A DNA stretch of 64,000 bases from Pseudomonadota bacterium (GCA_040387095.1 JAZKEJ010000017.1:57922-121921), one strand, 5' to 3'; shown: positions 12,435-23,631, counted from the first letter of the stretch. Notes: a model not told the origin generated them from the sequence alone. Made by a program: numbers and translations.

Positions 12435-12845
12435 TTATTCAGCAGCTTTAGCAGGCTTAGCGGCCGCTTTTGGTTTTGCCGCTGCTTTAGGTTTTTCGCT
12501 AGCAGTTTTTGCAGCCGCTTTAGCTTTAGGAGCAGCTTTTGGTTTTGCAACGGTTTTCTTGGATAACATTACTGGTGCGTCACCTGACAATGCTTTGATT
12601 GCTGCAGTTAAGCGGCTTTTGTGACGCGCTGCTTTGTTTTTATGAATAATTTTTTTATCTGCAATGCGATCAATCACGCTGACGTTTTCTTGATAAGTAA
12701 CCATTGCAGCAGCTTTGTCACCAGCCTCTACCGCTTTAAGTACTTTTTTAATTGCGGTACGTAGCGTTGAGCGCAGTGCAGAGTTGTGCGCGTTTACTTT
12801 TACGGATTGACGCGCGCGTTTGCGTGCTTGTGCGGTATTTGCCAT
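12435..12845 (-). CDS. rpsT: 30S ribosomal protein S20 with long Ala/Lys/Pro tail
   Basis: [13 protein letters not shown]...[14 protein letters not shown]; about 49 extra C-terminal residues. Confidence 0.98.
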   Translation of the reverse strand: MANTAQARKRARQSVKVNAHNSALRSTLRTAIKKVLKAVEAGDKAAAMVTYQENVSVIDRIADKKIIHKNKAARHKSRLTAAIKALSGDAPVMLSKKTVAKPKAAPKAKAAAKTASEKPKAAAKPKAAAKPAKAAE

Positions 12846-12893
12846 GTGTTGATTGTCCTAATACTTAAGCTGGGTGTTAATACGAAACCGTGC

Positions 12894-12922
12894 ATAATAG
12901 TGTTTTTTAAGCTGTTTGGCAA
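12894..12922 (-). promoter_or_regulatory. Sigma70 promoter of rpsT
   Basis: Minus strand TTGCCA-N17-TATTAT. Confidence 0.65.
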
Positions 12923-13103
12923 GAACTAATCATATAAAAAATATGCACCAGTATCCTGCATTAAAAGACAAATTAAATCCATGGATTAAACCTCTATCAA
13001 GCTGTGCTAAATACATGAAGATTAAATTTGCGGAATATTTAAACCAACGTTGCCATGTTAAAATAACGATTCATCAATCTAACCGCTTAATTATCCGTCT
13101 TAA

Positions 13104-14648
13104 ATGAATTTACTCAAGGCTTTAGCCAAAGTTGGCAGCATGACGTTTGTTTCGCGCATACTGGGTTTTGTGCGCGATACGCTGATTGCGCGCGTGTTTG
13201 GTGCGGGTATGTTAACCGATGCTTTTATCGTCGCTTTCAAGATTCCCAATCTATTACGCCGCATATCGGCTGAAGGCGCATTTAGTCAGGCATTTGTGCC
13301 GATCTTAGCGGAATATAAAAGTCAACGTACATTTGACGAGACGCATAGCTTGGTTAATCGGGTAGCGACATGGCTGGGCATTATTCTGAGCGGCGTTACT
13401 TTACTAGGTATGCTGGCCGCACCTTGGATGGTTGCATTAATTGCGCCAGGCTTTCAGGACGAACCCGGTAAGATGCAATTGACGGTTGAATTGCTACGCA
13501 TCACTTTCCCATATATTTTCTTTATCTCGCTGGTCTCCATGGCGGGCGGCGTTCTTAATACCTACAACCGTTTCAGCATTCCAGCGTTCACGCCTGTTTG
13601 GCTGAATGTTTCCATGATTGCAGCTGTATTATTCTTTGCTGAGCATTTCGCAGAACCGATTAAAGTGCTGGCTTGGGCGGTGTTTATTGGTGGTTTTTTA
13701 CAGCTAATGTTCCAGATTCCTTTTTTAAGACAAATCGGATTATTGCCAAGATTCGAAATAAAACGCGATGACGAAGGTGTGTGGCGGATTTTAAAACTGA
13801 TGGGACCTGCAGTTTTAGGCGTTTCAGTCGCACAGATTTCGCTGATTATTAACACTATTTTTGCCTCATTTTTAGCGACAGGCAGCGTCAGTTGGCTGTA
13901 TTACGCCGATCGCTTGATGGAGTTTCCAACAGGCGTTTTAGGTGTCGCGTTGGGCACCATATTATTGCCCAGTTTATCTAAAGCCTATGCAGGAAGCGAT
14001 GATAGTGAATACTCACAATTGCTGGATTGGGGTTTGCGTCTAACCTTTATTTTAGCAGCGCCTGCAGCTGTGGCGCTGGCAGTGCTGGCTACCCCGCTGG
14101 TTGCAACACTGTTTCACTATGGAAAATTTACCGCAATTGACGTTGCAATGACACAGCAGGCGTTGATTGCTTACAGCATAGGTTTATTGGGTTTGATTCT
14201 GGTGAAGATTCTAGCGCCCGGTTTTTATGCGCGGCAAAATATCAAAACGCCGGTAAAAATCGCCATCTTCACATTGGTAACAACGCAGTTGATGAACCTG
14301 TTTTTTATCTTTGGCTTACATTTAAACCATGCCGCCTTGGCGTTGGCAATCGGTTTGGGGGCTTGTATTAATGCAGGGCTACTTTTTTATCATCTACGCA
14401 AGTCGCATGTGTATCAGCCGCAAGCAGGCTGGTTAGGCTTTATTTTGAAGCTGATTTTGGCATTAAGTGTAATGGCGACCGTACTGTATTTTGCGATGGG
14501 TGACGCCAGCGATTGGCTGGAGTTTAGCCTGATGAAACGCCTGCTTTATATTAGCGGTTTAATTGCGTTGGGTGGGTTGAGCTACTTTGCAGTCTTATTT
14601 TTGCTGGGTTTCAGGCCGCGAGATTATATGCGCCGAGTGAGGCATTGA
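13104..14648 (+). CDS. murJ: Lipid II flippase MurJ (MviN)
   Basis: [37 protein letters not shown]; divergent from rpsT. Confidence 0.97.
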   Translation: MNLLKALAKVGSMTFVSRILGFVRDTLIARVFGAGMLTDAFIVAFKIPNLLRRISAEGAFSQAFVPILAEYKSQRTFDETHSLVNRVATWLGIILSGVTLLGMLAAPWMVALIAPGFQDEPGKMQLTVELLRITFPYIFFISLVSMAGGVLNTYNRFSIPAFTPVWLNVSMIAAVLFFAEHFAEPIKVLAWAVFIGGFLQLMFQIPFLRQIGLLPRFEIKRDDEGVWRILKLMGPAVLGVSVAQISLIINTIFASFLATGSVSWLYYADRLMEFPTGVLGVALGTILLPSLSKAYAGSDDSEYSQLLDWGLRLTFILAAPAAVALAVLATPLVATLFHYGKFTAIDVAMTQQALIAYSIGLLGLILVKILAPGFYARQNIKTPVKIAIFTLVTTQLMNLFFIFGLHLNHAALALAIGLGACINAGLLFYHLRKSHVYQPQAGWLGFILKLILALSVMATVLYFAMGDASDWLEFSLMKRLLYISGLIALGGLSYFAVLFLLGFRPRDYMRRVRH

Positions 14649-14664
14649 TGAGAGTAAAAAATTA

Positions 14665-15558
14665 ATGCAAGTTCTCAGGCATATTCCTACAGCGCTACAG
14701 TCGCCGATTGCCTTAGCGATTGGTAATTTCGACGGCATGCATTTGGGTCATCAGGCTTTGTTGGCGCGTTTGGTAGAAGTCGCAAAAGCCAAAAAACTAA
14801 CGCCAGCCGTGATGACGTTTGAACCGCATCCACGTGAGTTTTTTACGCCGTTAAATGCACCAAGCCGCTTATGTAATTTACGCGAAAAACTGGAATATTT
14901 TATTGCCGCCGGTGTTGAAAAAACCTTTGTATGTGCATTCAACCAACGCTTTTCCGCTATCAGTGCGCAAGCATTTATGGATGAAATATTACGAAAAAAA
15001 ATGCAGGTTAACACGATTTTGGTGGGTGAAGATTTCAGGTTTGGTGCCAAACGCACTGGTACAGTTGCCGATTTTAAAGCTAATCAATTCGATTTGATTG
15101 ATTTTGCGCCAGTTAACTTTGCCAATGAGCGCATATCCAGCACACGCGTACGTGATGCCTTATCTTATGGCAATTTGCAGCTTGCTTCAGAATTGCTTGG
15201 TCGCAATTACAGTATCAGCGGCAAAGTCGTTCATGGCGCTAAACGTGGTCGTGAGCTCGGTTTTCCTACTGCCAATATCCACATTAAGCATGAACGGCCT
15301 GCCTTAACGGGTGTTTATGCCGTAAAATTGGATGGTTTGAATGCGGTAGCCAATTTGGGTGTCCGTCCTACAATTGCAGGCGTGCCTAAATTATTATTAG
15401 AGGTGCATATTCTTGATTTTAATGATGATTTATACGGTAGGCATGTGCATGTGGAGTTTCTGCACAAAATACGTGATGAAATGAAATTTAACGGATTAGA
15501 CACGTTAAAAGAACAGATTGCGCAAGATATTATTGTTGTTAGGCAATACTTTAAATAA
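14665..15558 (+). CDS. ribF: Riboflavin kinase / FAD synthetase
   Basis: GNFDGMHLGH, ISSTRVR, GRELGFPTAN. Confidence 0.97.
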   Translation: MQVLRHIPTALQSPIALAIGNFDGMHLGHQALLARLVEVAKAKKLTPAVMTFEPHPREFFTPLNAPSRLCNLREKLEYFIAAGVEKTFVCAFNQRFSAISAQAFMDEILRKKMQVNTILVGEDFRFGAKRTGTVADFKANQFDLIDFAPVNFANERISSTRVRDALSYGNLQLASELLGRNYSISGKVVHGAKRGRELGFPTANIHIKHERPALTGVYAVKLDGLNAVANLGVRPTIAGVPKLLLEVHILDFNDDLYGRHVHVEFLHKIRDEMKFNGLDTLKEQIAQDIIVVRQYFK

Positions 15559-15592
15559 ACAAAATGTTAAGAATTAATCTAAGAATTAAACA

Positions 15593-18511
15593 ATGACCGA
15601 ACAAACCAAAGATTTAAAATACAAAATCAACCAGCCAGAAACGGCTTTCCCTATGCGTGGTGATTTAGCCAAGCGTGAACCGGCTTGGTTAAAAAAATGG
15701 CAAGATAAAAAGCTGTATCAACGAATCAGAGAAGTGCGCAAAGGCTCACCGAAATTCATTCTGCATGATGGCCCGCCTTATGCCAATGGCGATATTCACA
15801 TCGGCCACGCGGTAAATAAAATCTTAAAAGACATCATCATTAAAGCCAAAACCATGAGTGGTTTCGATGCGCCCTATGTGCCCGGCTGGGATTGCCACGG
15901 CTTACCGATTGAGTTGGTGGTGGAGAAAACGCACGGTAAGAATATCGCCCCTGCCAAATTTCGCGAGTTATGCCGTGAGTATGCCGCCGAACAAGTAGAA
16001 CGTCAAAAGAAAGACTTTATTCGCTTGGGCGTGTTGGGAGATTGGGATAATCCTTATCTGACCATGGATTTTAAAACCGAAGCCGACATCATGCGCGCTT
16101 TGGGCGAGATTCAAGAAAATGGTTATCTATATCAAGGCAGTAAGCCCGTGCATTGGTGTGTGGATTGCGGCAGCGCTTTGGCTGAGGCTGAAGTGGAATA
16201 TGAAGATGTGAATTCGCCAGCGATTGATGTTAAATTTGAAGTGTTGAATCGTGAAGAGTTTTGGGATAAAGCTGCTGGAAGAAAGCTTCCTAGATCTCCA
16301 GATAGAGTTCCTCTTGGAGACTCAAGGCTTTACGACAAACCCATATTCTTTGTTATCTGGACGACAACTCCATGGACGTTACCTGCAAATCAGGCTGTTT
16401 GTCTAAATCCAGTGTTTCACTATGATTTTATTGACATTGGAACTGAGATATTAGTAATTGCCAGTGAACTTAAAGAAGTAACACTGAAAAGATATGGGGT
16501 TGACCCATTGAAAGATAATAGTGTAAATATTGTAAGTCACTCTCAAGGTTTAAGTTTAGTTGGCACAGCTTTAAAACATCCTTTTGATAAGCGTGAAGTG
16601 CCTATTATATGCGGAGATCATGTAACTGCAGATGCAGGTACTGGTGCAGTCCACACCGCCGCCGCGCATGGTAACGATGACTGGCTTGTGATGAAAGCCA
16701 ATTTTCCGAATGAAAAACCACGCATTTTAATCGGTGGTGACGGCAAATTCTTTAATAGTGAATTGGTAGAATTTGAACCAATTAGAGGGTTAACTCGGCA
16801 GGAAGCTAACAAGGTTATTCTGGCAAAAATGCAAGAAAATGGCACTTTGATTGCCAGCGCACGCTTAAATCATAGCTTCCCACATTGTTGGCGCCATAAA
16901 ACGCCGTTGATGCAATTGGCGACACACCAGTGGTTTATTGGCATGAATTCACAAAATAAAACTGGCACGAGTTTGCGTGAGTATGCGAATAAAGCTGTTG
17001 ATGAAACCGAATTTTTCCCAAACTGGGGTCGCGCGCGTTTAGAGGCGATGATCAAAAATCGGCCTGATTGGTGTGTTTCGCGTCAGCGAAATTGGGGCGT
17101 GCCGATGCCGTTTTTTGTGCATAAAGAAACGGGTGAACCACATCCGAAAACGGCAGATTTATTAGAGCAAGCTTGCTTGCTGGTTGAAAAATCAGGCGTT
17201 GAAGCTTGGTTTACTTTAGATGCTGATGCGTTTTTAAATAAACATGCGCCTGAAAATATGGCAGATTACAAAAAAGTCACTTACACGTTAGACGTTTGGT
17301 TTGATTCGGGCGCAACGCATAAAGCAGTACTGCGTTCACCTAAACATCCGACACTTTCAGAAGAAGCGAATAAACGCGCTGCGCAAGGTAAACCAGTTGC
17401 CGATTTATATTTAGAAGGCTCTGATCAGCATCGCGGATGGTTCCAATCTAGTTTGCTGACGGGCTGTGCGATTGATGGAAAAGCGCCTTATAAAGCCTTG
17501 TTGACGCACGGTTTTGTGGTGGATGGCGCTGGTCACAAAATGAGTAAATCCAAGGGCAACGTGGTTGCGCCGCAAAAAGTGATGGATACTTACGGCGCAG
17601 ATATTTTGCGTTTATGGACGGCTTCAACCGACTATTCTGGCGAACTGACGATTTCGGATGAAATCTTGAAACGCGTGGCTGAAAGCTATCGCCGCATTCG
17701 CAATACCATGAAATTTTTGCTGGCGAACTTGGCGGACTTTGATGCGAATAAAGATTTATTGCCAGTGAATAAATGGCTGGAAATCGACCGCTACGCTTTG
17801 CACTTAATACACAAATTGCAAACAGAAGTGTTGGCGGATTATGACCGTTATGAATTTCATTTGGCGGTACAAAAAATAGTGAGTTTCTGCTCAGAAGATT
17901 TGGGCGGCTTTTATCTAGATATTCTGAAAGACAGGCTGTACACCGCAGGTGAAAATTCGCATGCGCGTCGCGCTGCACAAAGTGCTTTGCATCATATTAC
18001 GCATGCGTTTATGCGTTTAACTGCGCCGATTTTGAGCTTTACTGCAGATGAAATCTGGCAGATTTTAGAGGTTAACAATCAAAATTCAGTGTTTGAAGAT
18101 GTTTGGTATCAATTGCCAGAGCATGGGTTAAGTGAAAAAGAAGTGTTGACTTGGGAAGACGTGATTAATGTTCGCGGCCTTGTCAATAAGGCCATTGAAG
18201 AGAAGCGTGCGCAAGGTTTGGTTGGTTCATCATTGCAATCAGAGATCAATATTTATGCAGATGGGCAATTACAAGAGTCTCTAGCCAGCTTAAAAGATGA
18301 TTTGCGTTTTGTCATGATTACATCGCGCGCAATCGTCTACAAACAAGCGGGATCAGGCGTACAGATAGACGTTACCCCAAGCCCAAATAAAAAATGCGAT
18401 CGCTGCTGGCATTACCGTGTAGACGTTGGCCATCATGCTGAGCATCCAACCATTTGCGGACGTTGCGTGAGCAATCTATTTGGCGCGGGTGAGGTGCGAA
18501 AGTATGCTTAA
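15593..18511 (+). CDS. ileS: Isoleucine--tRNA ligase (type 1)
   Basis: [35 protein letters not shown]-terminal zinc finger CDRC/CGRC. Confidence 0.98.
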   Translation: MTEQTKDLKYKINQPETAFPMRGDLAKREPAWLKKWQDKKLYQRIREVRKGSPKFILHDGPPYANGDIHIGHAVNKILKDIIIKAKTMSGFDAPYVPGWDCHGLPIELVVEKTHGKNIAPAKFRELCREYAAEQVERQKKDFIRLGVLGDWDNPYLTMDFKTEADIMRALGEIQENGYLYQGSKPVHWCVDCGSALAEAEVEYEDVNSPAIDVKFEVLNREEFWDKAAGRKLPRSPDRVPLGDSRLYDKPIFFVIWTTTPWTLPANQAVCLNPVFHYDFIDIGTEILVIASELKEVTLKRYGVDPLKDNSVNIVSHSQGLSLVGTALKHPFDKREVPIICGDHVTADAGTGAVHTAAAHGNDDWLVMKANFPNEKPRILIGGDGKFFNSELVEFEPIRGLTRQEANKVILAKMQENGTLIASARLNHSFPHCWRHKTPLMQLATHQWFIGMNSQNKTGTSLREYANKAVDETEFFPNWGRARLEAMIKNRPDWCVSRQRNWGVPMPFFVHKETGEPHPKTADLLEQACLLVEKSGVEAWFTLDADAFLNKHAPENMADYKKVTYTLDVWFDSGATHKAVLRSPKHPTLSEEANKRAAQGKPVADLYLEGSDQHRGWFQSSLLTGCAIDGKAPYKALLTHGFVVDGAGHKMSKSKGNVVAPQKVMDTYGADILRLWTASTDYSGELTISDEILKRVAESYRRIRNTMKFLLANLADFDANKDLLPVNKWLEIDRYALHLIHKLQTEVLADYDRYEFHLAVQKIVSFCSEDLGGFYLDILKDRLYTAGENSHARRAAQSALHHITHAFMRLTAPILSFTADEIWQILEVNNQNSVFEDVWYQLPEHGLSEKEVLTWEDVINVRGLVNKAIEEKRAQGLVGSSLQSEINIYADGQLQESLASLKDDLRFVMITSRAIVYKQAGSGVQIDVTPSPNKKCDRCWHYRVDVGHHAEHPTICGRCVSNLFGAGEVRKYA

Positions 18512-18980
18512 AAATATGAGTATTTACAAATGGTTAAGTATTAGTGCGGTTGTGGTTGCACTGGATTTATACACCAAACACCTGATTGAGCAGGCTTTTC
18601 AATATGGCGAACATTTAACCATCACCCGCTTTTTTGATTTAGTGCGCTATCACAACGAAGGCGCGGCGTTTAGTTTTTTGGCGGATGCAGGCGGCTGGCA
18701 GAAATGGTTTTTTAGCGGCATTTCAGTTGTGGCGATTGTCGTCATTACTTATTTACTTAAAAAACATCAAAGTCAAAAACTTTTTTGTCTGGGCTTGGCC
18801 TTAGTATTAGGTGGCGCTATTGGCAATCTGTACGACAGGCTTACTTTGGGCTATGTGGTGGATTTTTTGTCATTTCATGTAGACGATTGGTTTTGGCCAG
18901 CCTTTAACGTGGCCGATAGCGCGATTTGTGTTGGAGTTGCACTTTTATTGATGGATAGTTTTAAAAAGCCGGCAAGCTAA
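18504..18980 (+). CDS. lspA: Signal peptidase II
   Basis: [29 protein letters not shown]; ATG 18504 overlaps the ileS stop. Confidence 0.96.
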   Translation: MLKNMSIYKWLSISAVVVALDLYTKHLIEQAFQYGEHLTITRFFDLVRYHNEGAAFSFLADAGGWQKWFFSGISVVAIVVITYLLKKHQSQKLFCLGLALVLGGAIGNLYDRLTLGYVVDFLSFHVDDWFWPAFNVADSAICVGVALLLMDSFKKPAS

Positions 18981-19023
18981 AAAAAGGCTAAAAACAGCAG
19001 CGCTTTAGCGCGAGGAGAATGCG

Positions 19024-19665
19024 GTGCCAGATTGGAAAAAGCTGATTGCAGGTAAGATTGCTATTGCCAAAAAAGGCAATGCGCCTGGCAAAGTAAATCA
19101 AGATATCCGCGTGCCTGCAGGGCAAACCGAGGTAAAAAATTTTCCGATTTTAGATCTGGGTATTCTGCCTGACATCAATAAACAAAACTGGCAATTGCGC
19201 GTATATGGCTTGGTCACCAACGAGCTGAATCTGGATTGGGACGCTTTTCAAGCATTGCCACAAACAACGGATATTTCAGATTTTCACTGTGTGACGCGCT
19301 GGACGCGTTTGGATATGGATTGGGTCGGCGTCAAAGCGCAGGATTTATTGATGCTGGCTGATCCGTTAGAAAATGCGCGCTATGTAACGCTGCTCGGTTA
19401 CGATGGTTACACCACTAATTTGCCGCTGGAAGCATTGCTAGATGATGATGTGATGGTTGCACATTCGGTGCTGGGTTATCCATTAACGACTGCGCACGGC
19501 GGGCCTGTGCGGATGATTGTGCCAAAACGCTATGCTTGGAAAGGTGCGAAATGGTTAAAAGCCATCGAATTGCACGAGTTTGACCGGCGAGGATTTTGGG
19601 AAGTGCGCGGCTATCATAATGAGGCGGATCCGTTTAAAGAAGAACGCTTTTCAGACGATGAATGA
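19024..19665 (+). CDS. Sulfite-oxidase-like molybdopterin-dependent oxidoreductase, no signal peptide
   Basis: DFHCVTRW Mo-ligand Cys, HGGPVRMIVPKRYAWKGAKW, GFWEVRGYH; AGGAG SD before GTG. Confidence 0.9.
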   Translation: MPDWKKLIAGKIAIAKKGNAPGKVNQDIRVPAGQTEVKNFPILDLGILPDINKQNWQLRVYGLVTNELNLDWDAFQALPQTTDISDFHCVTRWTRLDMDWVGVKAQDLLMLADPLENARYVTLLGYDGYTTNLPLEALLDDDVMVAHSVLGYPLTTAHGGPVRMIVPKRYAWKGAKWLKAIELHEFDRRGFWEVRGYHNEADPFKEERFSDDE

Positions 19666-19769
19666 AATTAATTTATTTTTACCCAATATAGTCACAGCCG
19701 CGCCTACCAAACAATACAATATTAGTTATTTGCTTGCCAGATTAATATCTACGCTATTTCAATTTAAAC

Positions 19770-20726
19770 TTAATGCTTTTTTGGCAGCAACTTTTTAACC
19801 AACTCAAATAACGCCACGCAAATTGCACCTACAGTTAGGCCAATTACCGCATCAACTAAAGTCGGCGAAATAGCCGCTAAATAGCTGCCAATTGTGGGTA
19901 AATTCTGAAAATACCCTACAGTTTGTTCGGAAAAATGATGTAGCGCAGGGATGCCGTGCCCGATAATACTGCCACCAACCAAAAACATGGCAGCTGTACC
20001 GACGACCGACAATATGCGCATTAAGATAGGCGCAAATGCTAATAGTTTTTCGCCAATCTTGCGCTGTAGCTGGCGATAAAAACTGGCACCTTTTTTCATC
20101 ATTAAATGTAAGCCGGCATCATCTAGCTTAACAATACCCGCCACTAAACCATAAACACCAATCGTAATTACTAGTGCAATTAAGGCAACCACTGCGGATT
20201 GTTCGGTGAAACTTGCGCCAGAAGCTTTGGCGCTACCCAATGCAATTACAATAATCTCGGCAGATAAAATAAAGTCAGTGCGAATCGCGCCTTTTATTTT
20301 ATCTTTTTCTACATCTAGCAAATTGATATTTGGGTCAGCTACTGCTTGGGATAATTGAGTTTTGTGGGCTTTATCTTCCTCTTTATGATGTTGCATAAAT
20401 AGATGCGCAATTTTTTCAAAACCCTCAAAGCACAAATACGCACCGCCAATCATCAGTAAAGGTGTAATTAGCCAAGGGATGAAATAGCTTATTGCCAATG
20501 CGGCCGGAACCAGAATCAATTTATTGATAAACGAACCTTTGGCAACCGCCCACACAACTGGCAGTTCGCGTTCTGCTTTTACACCAGAAACCTGTTGTGC
20601 GTTCAGTGCTAAATCATCACCTAGTACGCCAGCCGTTTTTTTAGCGGCAACTTTGGTCATTACTGAAACATCGTCCAAAATGGTTGCAATATCATCAAAA
20701 AGTGCAAGTAAGCTACCAACGGCCAT
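19770..20726 (-). CDS. DUF808 / YedI-family inner membrane protein
   Basis: SLLALFDDIATILDDV, GVLGDDLALNAQQV, GAIRTDFILSAEI. Confidence 0.92.
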   Translation of the reverse strand: MAVGSLLALFDDIATILDDVSVMTKVAAKKTAGVLGDDLALNAQQVSGVKAERELPVVWAVAKGSFINKLILVPAALAISYFIPWLITPLLMIGGAYLCFEGFEKIAHLFMQHHKEEDKAHKTQLSQAVADPNINLLDVEKDKIKGAIRTDFILSAEIIVIALGSAKASGASFTEQSAVVALIALVITIGVYGLVAGIVKLDDAGLHLMMKKGASFYRQLQRKIGEKLLAFAPILMRILSVVGTAAMFLVGGSIIGHGIPALHHFSEQTVGYFQNLPTIGSYLAAISPTLVDAVIGLTVGAICVALFELVKKLLPKKH

Positions 20727-20802
20727 GTTATTTATCTCTTCAGTATTAAGTTGTTAGGATTTTAACCCATTTGCTTTCTCTCTTGCTTGCATTCTGCTTA
20801 GG

Positions 20803-20831
20803 TTGCATTGTGATGAGCCGAAAAGTACAAT
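20803..20831 (+). promoter_or_regulatory. Sigma70 promoter of the DUF2946-TBDR operon
   Basis: TTGCAT-N17-TACAAT, ending 7 nt before ATG 20839. Confidence 0.65.
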
Positions 20832-20838
20832 GCGTGAC

Positions 20839-21261
20839 ATGTTGTCGAAAAGACTATTCCGTTTCATGCATCATATTGCGTTATTCGCAATCATTTTTGC
20901 GTCTTTCGCGCCTACTATTTCGCATGCATTAGCCGTCCAAAATAACAGCAATAGTTTTGCGCAAGAAGTGTGTACCAGTAGTGGTGAAAAAGTAGTGATT
21001 CAAGTGATGACGACAAAAGGACAGCAATTATCCACTGAATTTGTCGTCAGCAAATCATCGCCTAAAACCATGATTATGCATTTAGAACACTGCCCGTTTT
21101 GTTCAAGTAGCGTAGCAAGCGCGAGCTTGCCAACTACAAATGCGCTGATTATCGCTTTACTAGAACAAACCGCACGACAGATTGCGCAATACGCTGCACC
21201 GATTGTTGTATCGCGTCCTTACGTTTCACCGCCATCGCAAGCACCGCCTAACACACTCTAA
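20839..21261 (+). CDS. DUF2946 (CruR/CutF-like) protein
   Basis: Hydrophobic N-terminus (FAPTISHAL), EVCTSSG, HCPFC, C-terminal PPSQAPP; ATG 20839 preferred over TTG 20803, which lies in the -35 box. Confidence 0.88.
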   Translation: MLSKRLFRFMHHIALFAIIFASFAPTISHALAVQNNSNSFAQEVCTSSGEKVVIQVMTTKGQQLSTEFVVSKSSPKTMIMHLEHCPFCSSSVASASLPTTNALIIALLEQTARQIAQYAAPIVVSRPYVSPPSQAPPNTL

Positions 21262-21267
21262 AAATAC

Positions 21268-21308
21268 CAGTTTATTTCGCAAGCCATTTGCGATAAACCC
21301 TGTTTTTT
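21268..21308 (+). promoter_or_regulatory. Intergenic hairpin plus U tract just before the TBDR Shine-Dalgarno
   Basis: CAGTTTATTTCGCAA-GCCAT-TTGCGATAAACCCTG, then TTTTTT and GGAG. Confidence 0.5.
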
Positions 21309-21318
21309 GGAGTTTTAA

Positions 21319-23631
21319 ATGATTAAATCTATATATTTATGTGTATTAAGTGCATTAGCAATCGGCTTTTCACACGTTGCATTTGCAGATCACAACGAAA
21401 GTATCGAGCTAGAAGAAGTTAGCGTGACCGCGCCGATTGATAGTCGTATTGTTAATCACCCAGCAACGGTTGAAAGCTATACTAAGCAACAGATTCAAGA
21501 CACAATCAATACTACAACTTCGCAACAAACCTTGAAATACTTGCCTAGCTTTCAAGTGCGTGAACGTTATATTGGCGATCGAAATGGCCCCATTGCAACG
21601 CGCACAACAGGTACGCTTTCAAGCGCGCAAACGTTGCTCTATGCAGATGGCATTTTGCTTTCAAACTTGCTGGGCAACTCGTTTGGTTTCGCTCCACGCT
21701 GGGGCATGGTTACCCCAGAGGAGATTGAAAATGTCAATATTCTATATGGCCCTTTTTCTGCGCTGTATGCAGGTAATTCTTTAGGTGGCGTGATCAATAT
21801 CAATACCCGCATGCCAACTAAGTTTGAAGTACACGCTAGCGCACAAGCTTTTGCTCAAAATTTTGAGCTATATGGAACAGGTAAAACCTTTGATGGTAAT
21901 CACGAAACATTTTCTGCTGGTAATAAAGTCAATGATCTAAGTTTTTTGTTTACTGCGGATCGCTTAGATACGACTAGCCAGCCGATGCAATTTGCAAACA
22001 GCATTGCGCCAAGCACAACGGCAGGAAGCAGAACAGCTGTTACAGGTGCCTATCTGGACAAAGATCCTTCTGGTAAAAATCGCGTCATTTTCGGTGCGAC
22101 TGGCATTGATAAAAGCGAGCAGCATAACTTGAAATTGAAGGCTGTCTACGATATTACGCCCACCATTAAAGCTGCTTACACCATCGGCGTGTGGGATTTA
22201 GATAGTCGAAGTGATGTGGATAGTTATATTAAGGATGCAGCTGGCAACGCTGTTTATAACGGACGCATAACACTTAATGGACAAAATTATGACGCCTCTG
22301 GCTTTAATAATCCGAATCAAGCCGAGTCTATGCATATCATGCAGGCACTTGATATTAAATCGAATACTAAAGGCCTGTTTGATTGGCAGTTCACTTTATC
22401 TGACTACGATTACCTGAAAGATAAAAACAGTACTTCAAATGTGCCTTCAAGCGGGACAGTTGCTGCTGGTAATCCTTATCTCAACAAGATTGGTCGTGTG
22501 GTCGATCAAAAAGGGACGGGTTGGACTGTATTTGATGCACGCGGGATATTTCGCGCGCTAGATGGCAATAATGATCAGCATACGATTGAATTTGGCTACC
22601 ATATTGATCACTACAATTTACGCAGCGACACCAATACAACAGCAGATTGGTCAGTGGGAAATAAAGGCGCACTGTTTGCAGCATCGCGTGGTGAAACCCA
22701 GACACAAGCATTGTATGTACAGGATAAATGGCAACTTGACCCACAATGGGCGCTAACGTTAGGCGCGCGTCAAGAGTATTGGCAAGCAAGTGATGGTCGC
22801 AATCAAACTACCACAAATGCCGGGTTTCAAACCAGTCAGTACAAAGATGAATCGGATGAAAAATTTTCACCGAAAATCTCGTTAAGTTTTGAGCCGCAGC
22901 CTGCTTGGGGTTTTAGAGCGTCAGTTGGCCAAGCTTACCGCTTTCCAACCGTGGGTGAACTGTATCAGCAAGTCGTTAATGGTACTTCGCTGGTACAAAA
23001 TAATCCTGATTTAAAAACAGAAGAAGTCATTTCGGGTGAATTTACCGCTGAGCGCCGTTTTGCCAATGGCCTGATTCGCGCCAGTTTGTTTACGGAAAAT
23101 AAATATGATGCGCTGATTTCTCAAACTGTTACCACAGGCGCCAATTGCTTGGGTACGCAGTGCACATTTATTCAGAATATCGACCATGTGCGTACGCACG
23201 GCATTGAACTATCTACTGAATGGCAAGATGTATTGCTGCATGGCCTAGATTTGCTGGCTAATTTAACACTTACAGAAGCGGAAGTTTTGCGTAACCATGC
23301 TAACAGGGGCTTTGAAGGCAACAAGCCACTGCGAATTCCGAAAAGCATGTTGAAAGCAGTGGCCACTTACCACCAAGGCAACCATCTCACTTACAGCTTG
23401 GGCGCACGTTATAGTGGGCGTCAATACAATATGCTTGATAACAGTGACAGCAACCCGGATACATTTGGCGGTGCCAGCAAGTTCTTTTTTGTGGATGTGA
23501 AAGTGAATTATCAGTTTGCTGATAAATTCACCGCCAGTGTTGGCGTGGATAATCTCAATAATTATCAAGCTTATACTTTTCACCCGTACCCGCAACGTAC
23601 GGGATACCTACAGCTAAAATTTGATTATTAA
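21319..23631 (+). CDS. TonB-dependent outer membrane receptor, probably for metal uptake
   Basis: Signal peptide, TonB box EEVSVTA, plug motif YGPFSALYAGNSLGGVINI, NPDLKTE, VDNLNN, C-terminal YLQLKFDY. Confidence 0.93.
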   Translation: MIKSIYLCVLSALAIGFSHVAFADHNESIELEEVSVTAPIDSRIVNHPATVESYTKQQIQDTINTTTSQQTLKYLPSFQVRERYIGDRNGPIATRTTGTLSSAQTLLYADGILLSNLLGNSFGFAPRWGMVTPEEIENVNILYGPFSALYAGNSLGGVININTRMPTKFEVHASAQAFAQNFELYGTGKTFDGNHETFSAGNKVNDLSFLFTADRLDTTSQPMQFANSIAPSTTAGSRTAVTGAYLDKDPSGKNRVIFGATGIDKSEQHNLKLKAVYDITPTIKAAYTIGVWDLDSRSDVDSYIKDAAGNAVYNGRITLNGQNYDASGFNNPNQAESMHIMQALDIKSNTKGLFDWQFTLSDYDYLKDKNSTSNVPSSGTVAAGNPYLNKIGRVVDQKGTGWTVFDARGIFRALDGNNDQHTIEFGYHIDHYNLRSDTNTTADWSVGNKGALFAASRGETQTQALYVQDKWQLDPQWALTLGARQEYWQASDGRNQTTTNAGFQTSQYKDESDEKFSPKISLSFEPQPAWGFRASVGQAYRFPTVGELYQQVVNGTSLVQNNPDLKTEEVISGEFTAERRFANGLIRASLFTENKYDALISQTVTTGANCLGTQCTFIQNIDHVRTHGIELSTEWQDVLLHGLDLLANLTLTEAEVLRNHANRGFEGNKPLRIPKSMLKAVATYHQGNHLTYSLGARYSGRQYNMLDNSDSNPDTFGGASKFFFVDVKVNYQFADKFTASVGVDNLNNYQAYTFHPYPQRTGYLQLKFDY

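Noticed and set aside
12916-13107. 63-aa ORF upstream of murJ
   Set aside because: TTG start inside the rpsT -35 box, no SD and no recognisable motif; probably promoter DNA
17448-17978. 176-aa minus-strand ORF within ileS, and the many similar 60-150 aa ORFs overlapping core genes
   Set aside because: Antisense or off-frame shadows of well-supported genes, with no protein-like motifs
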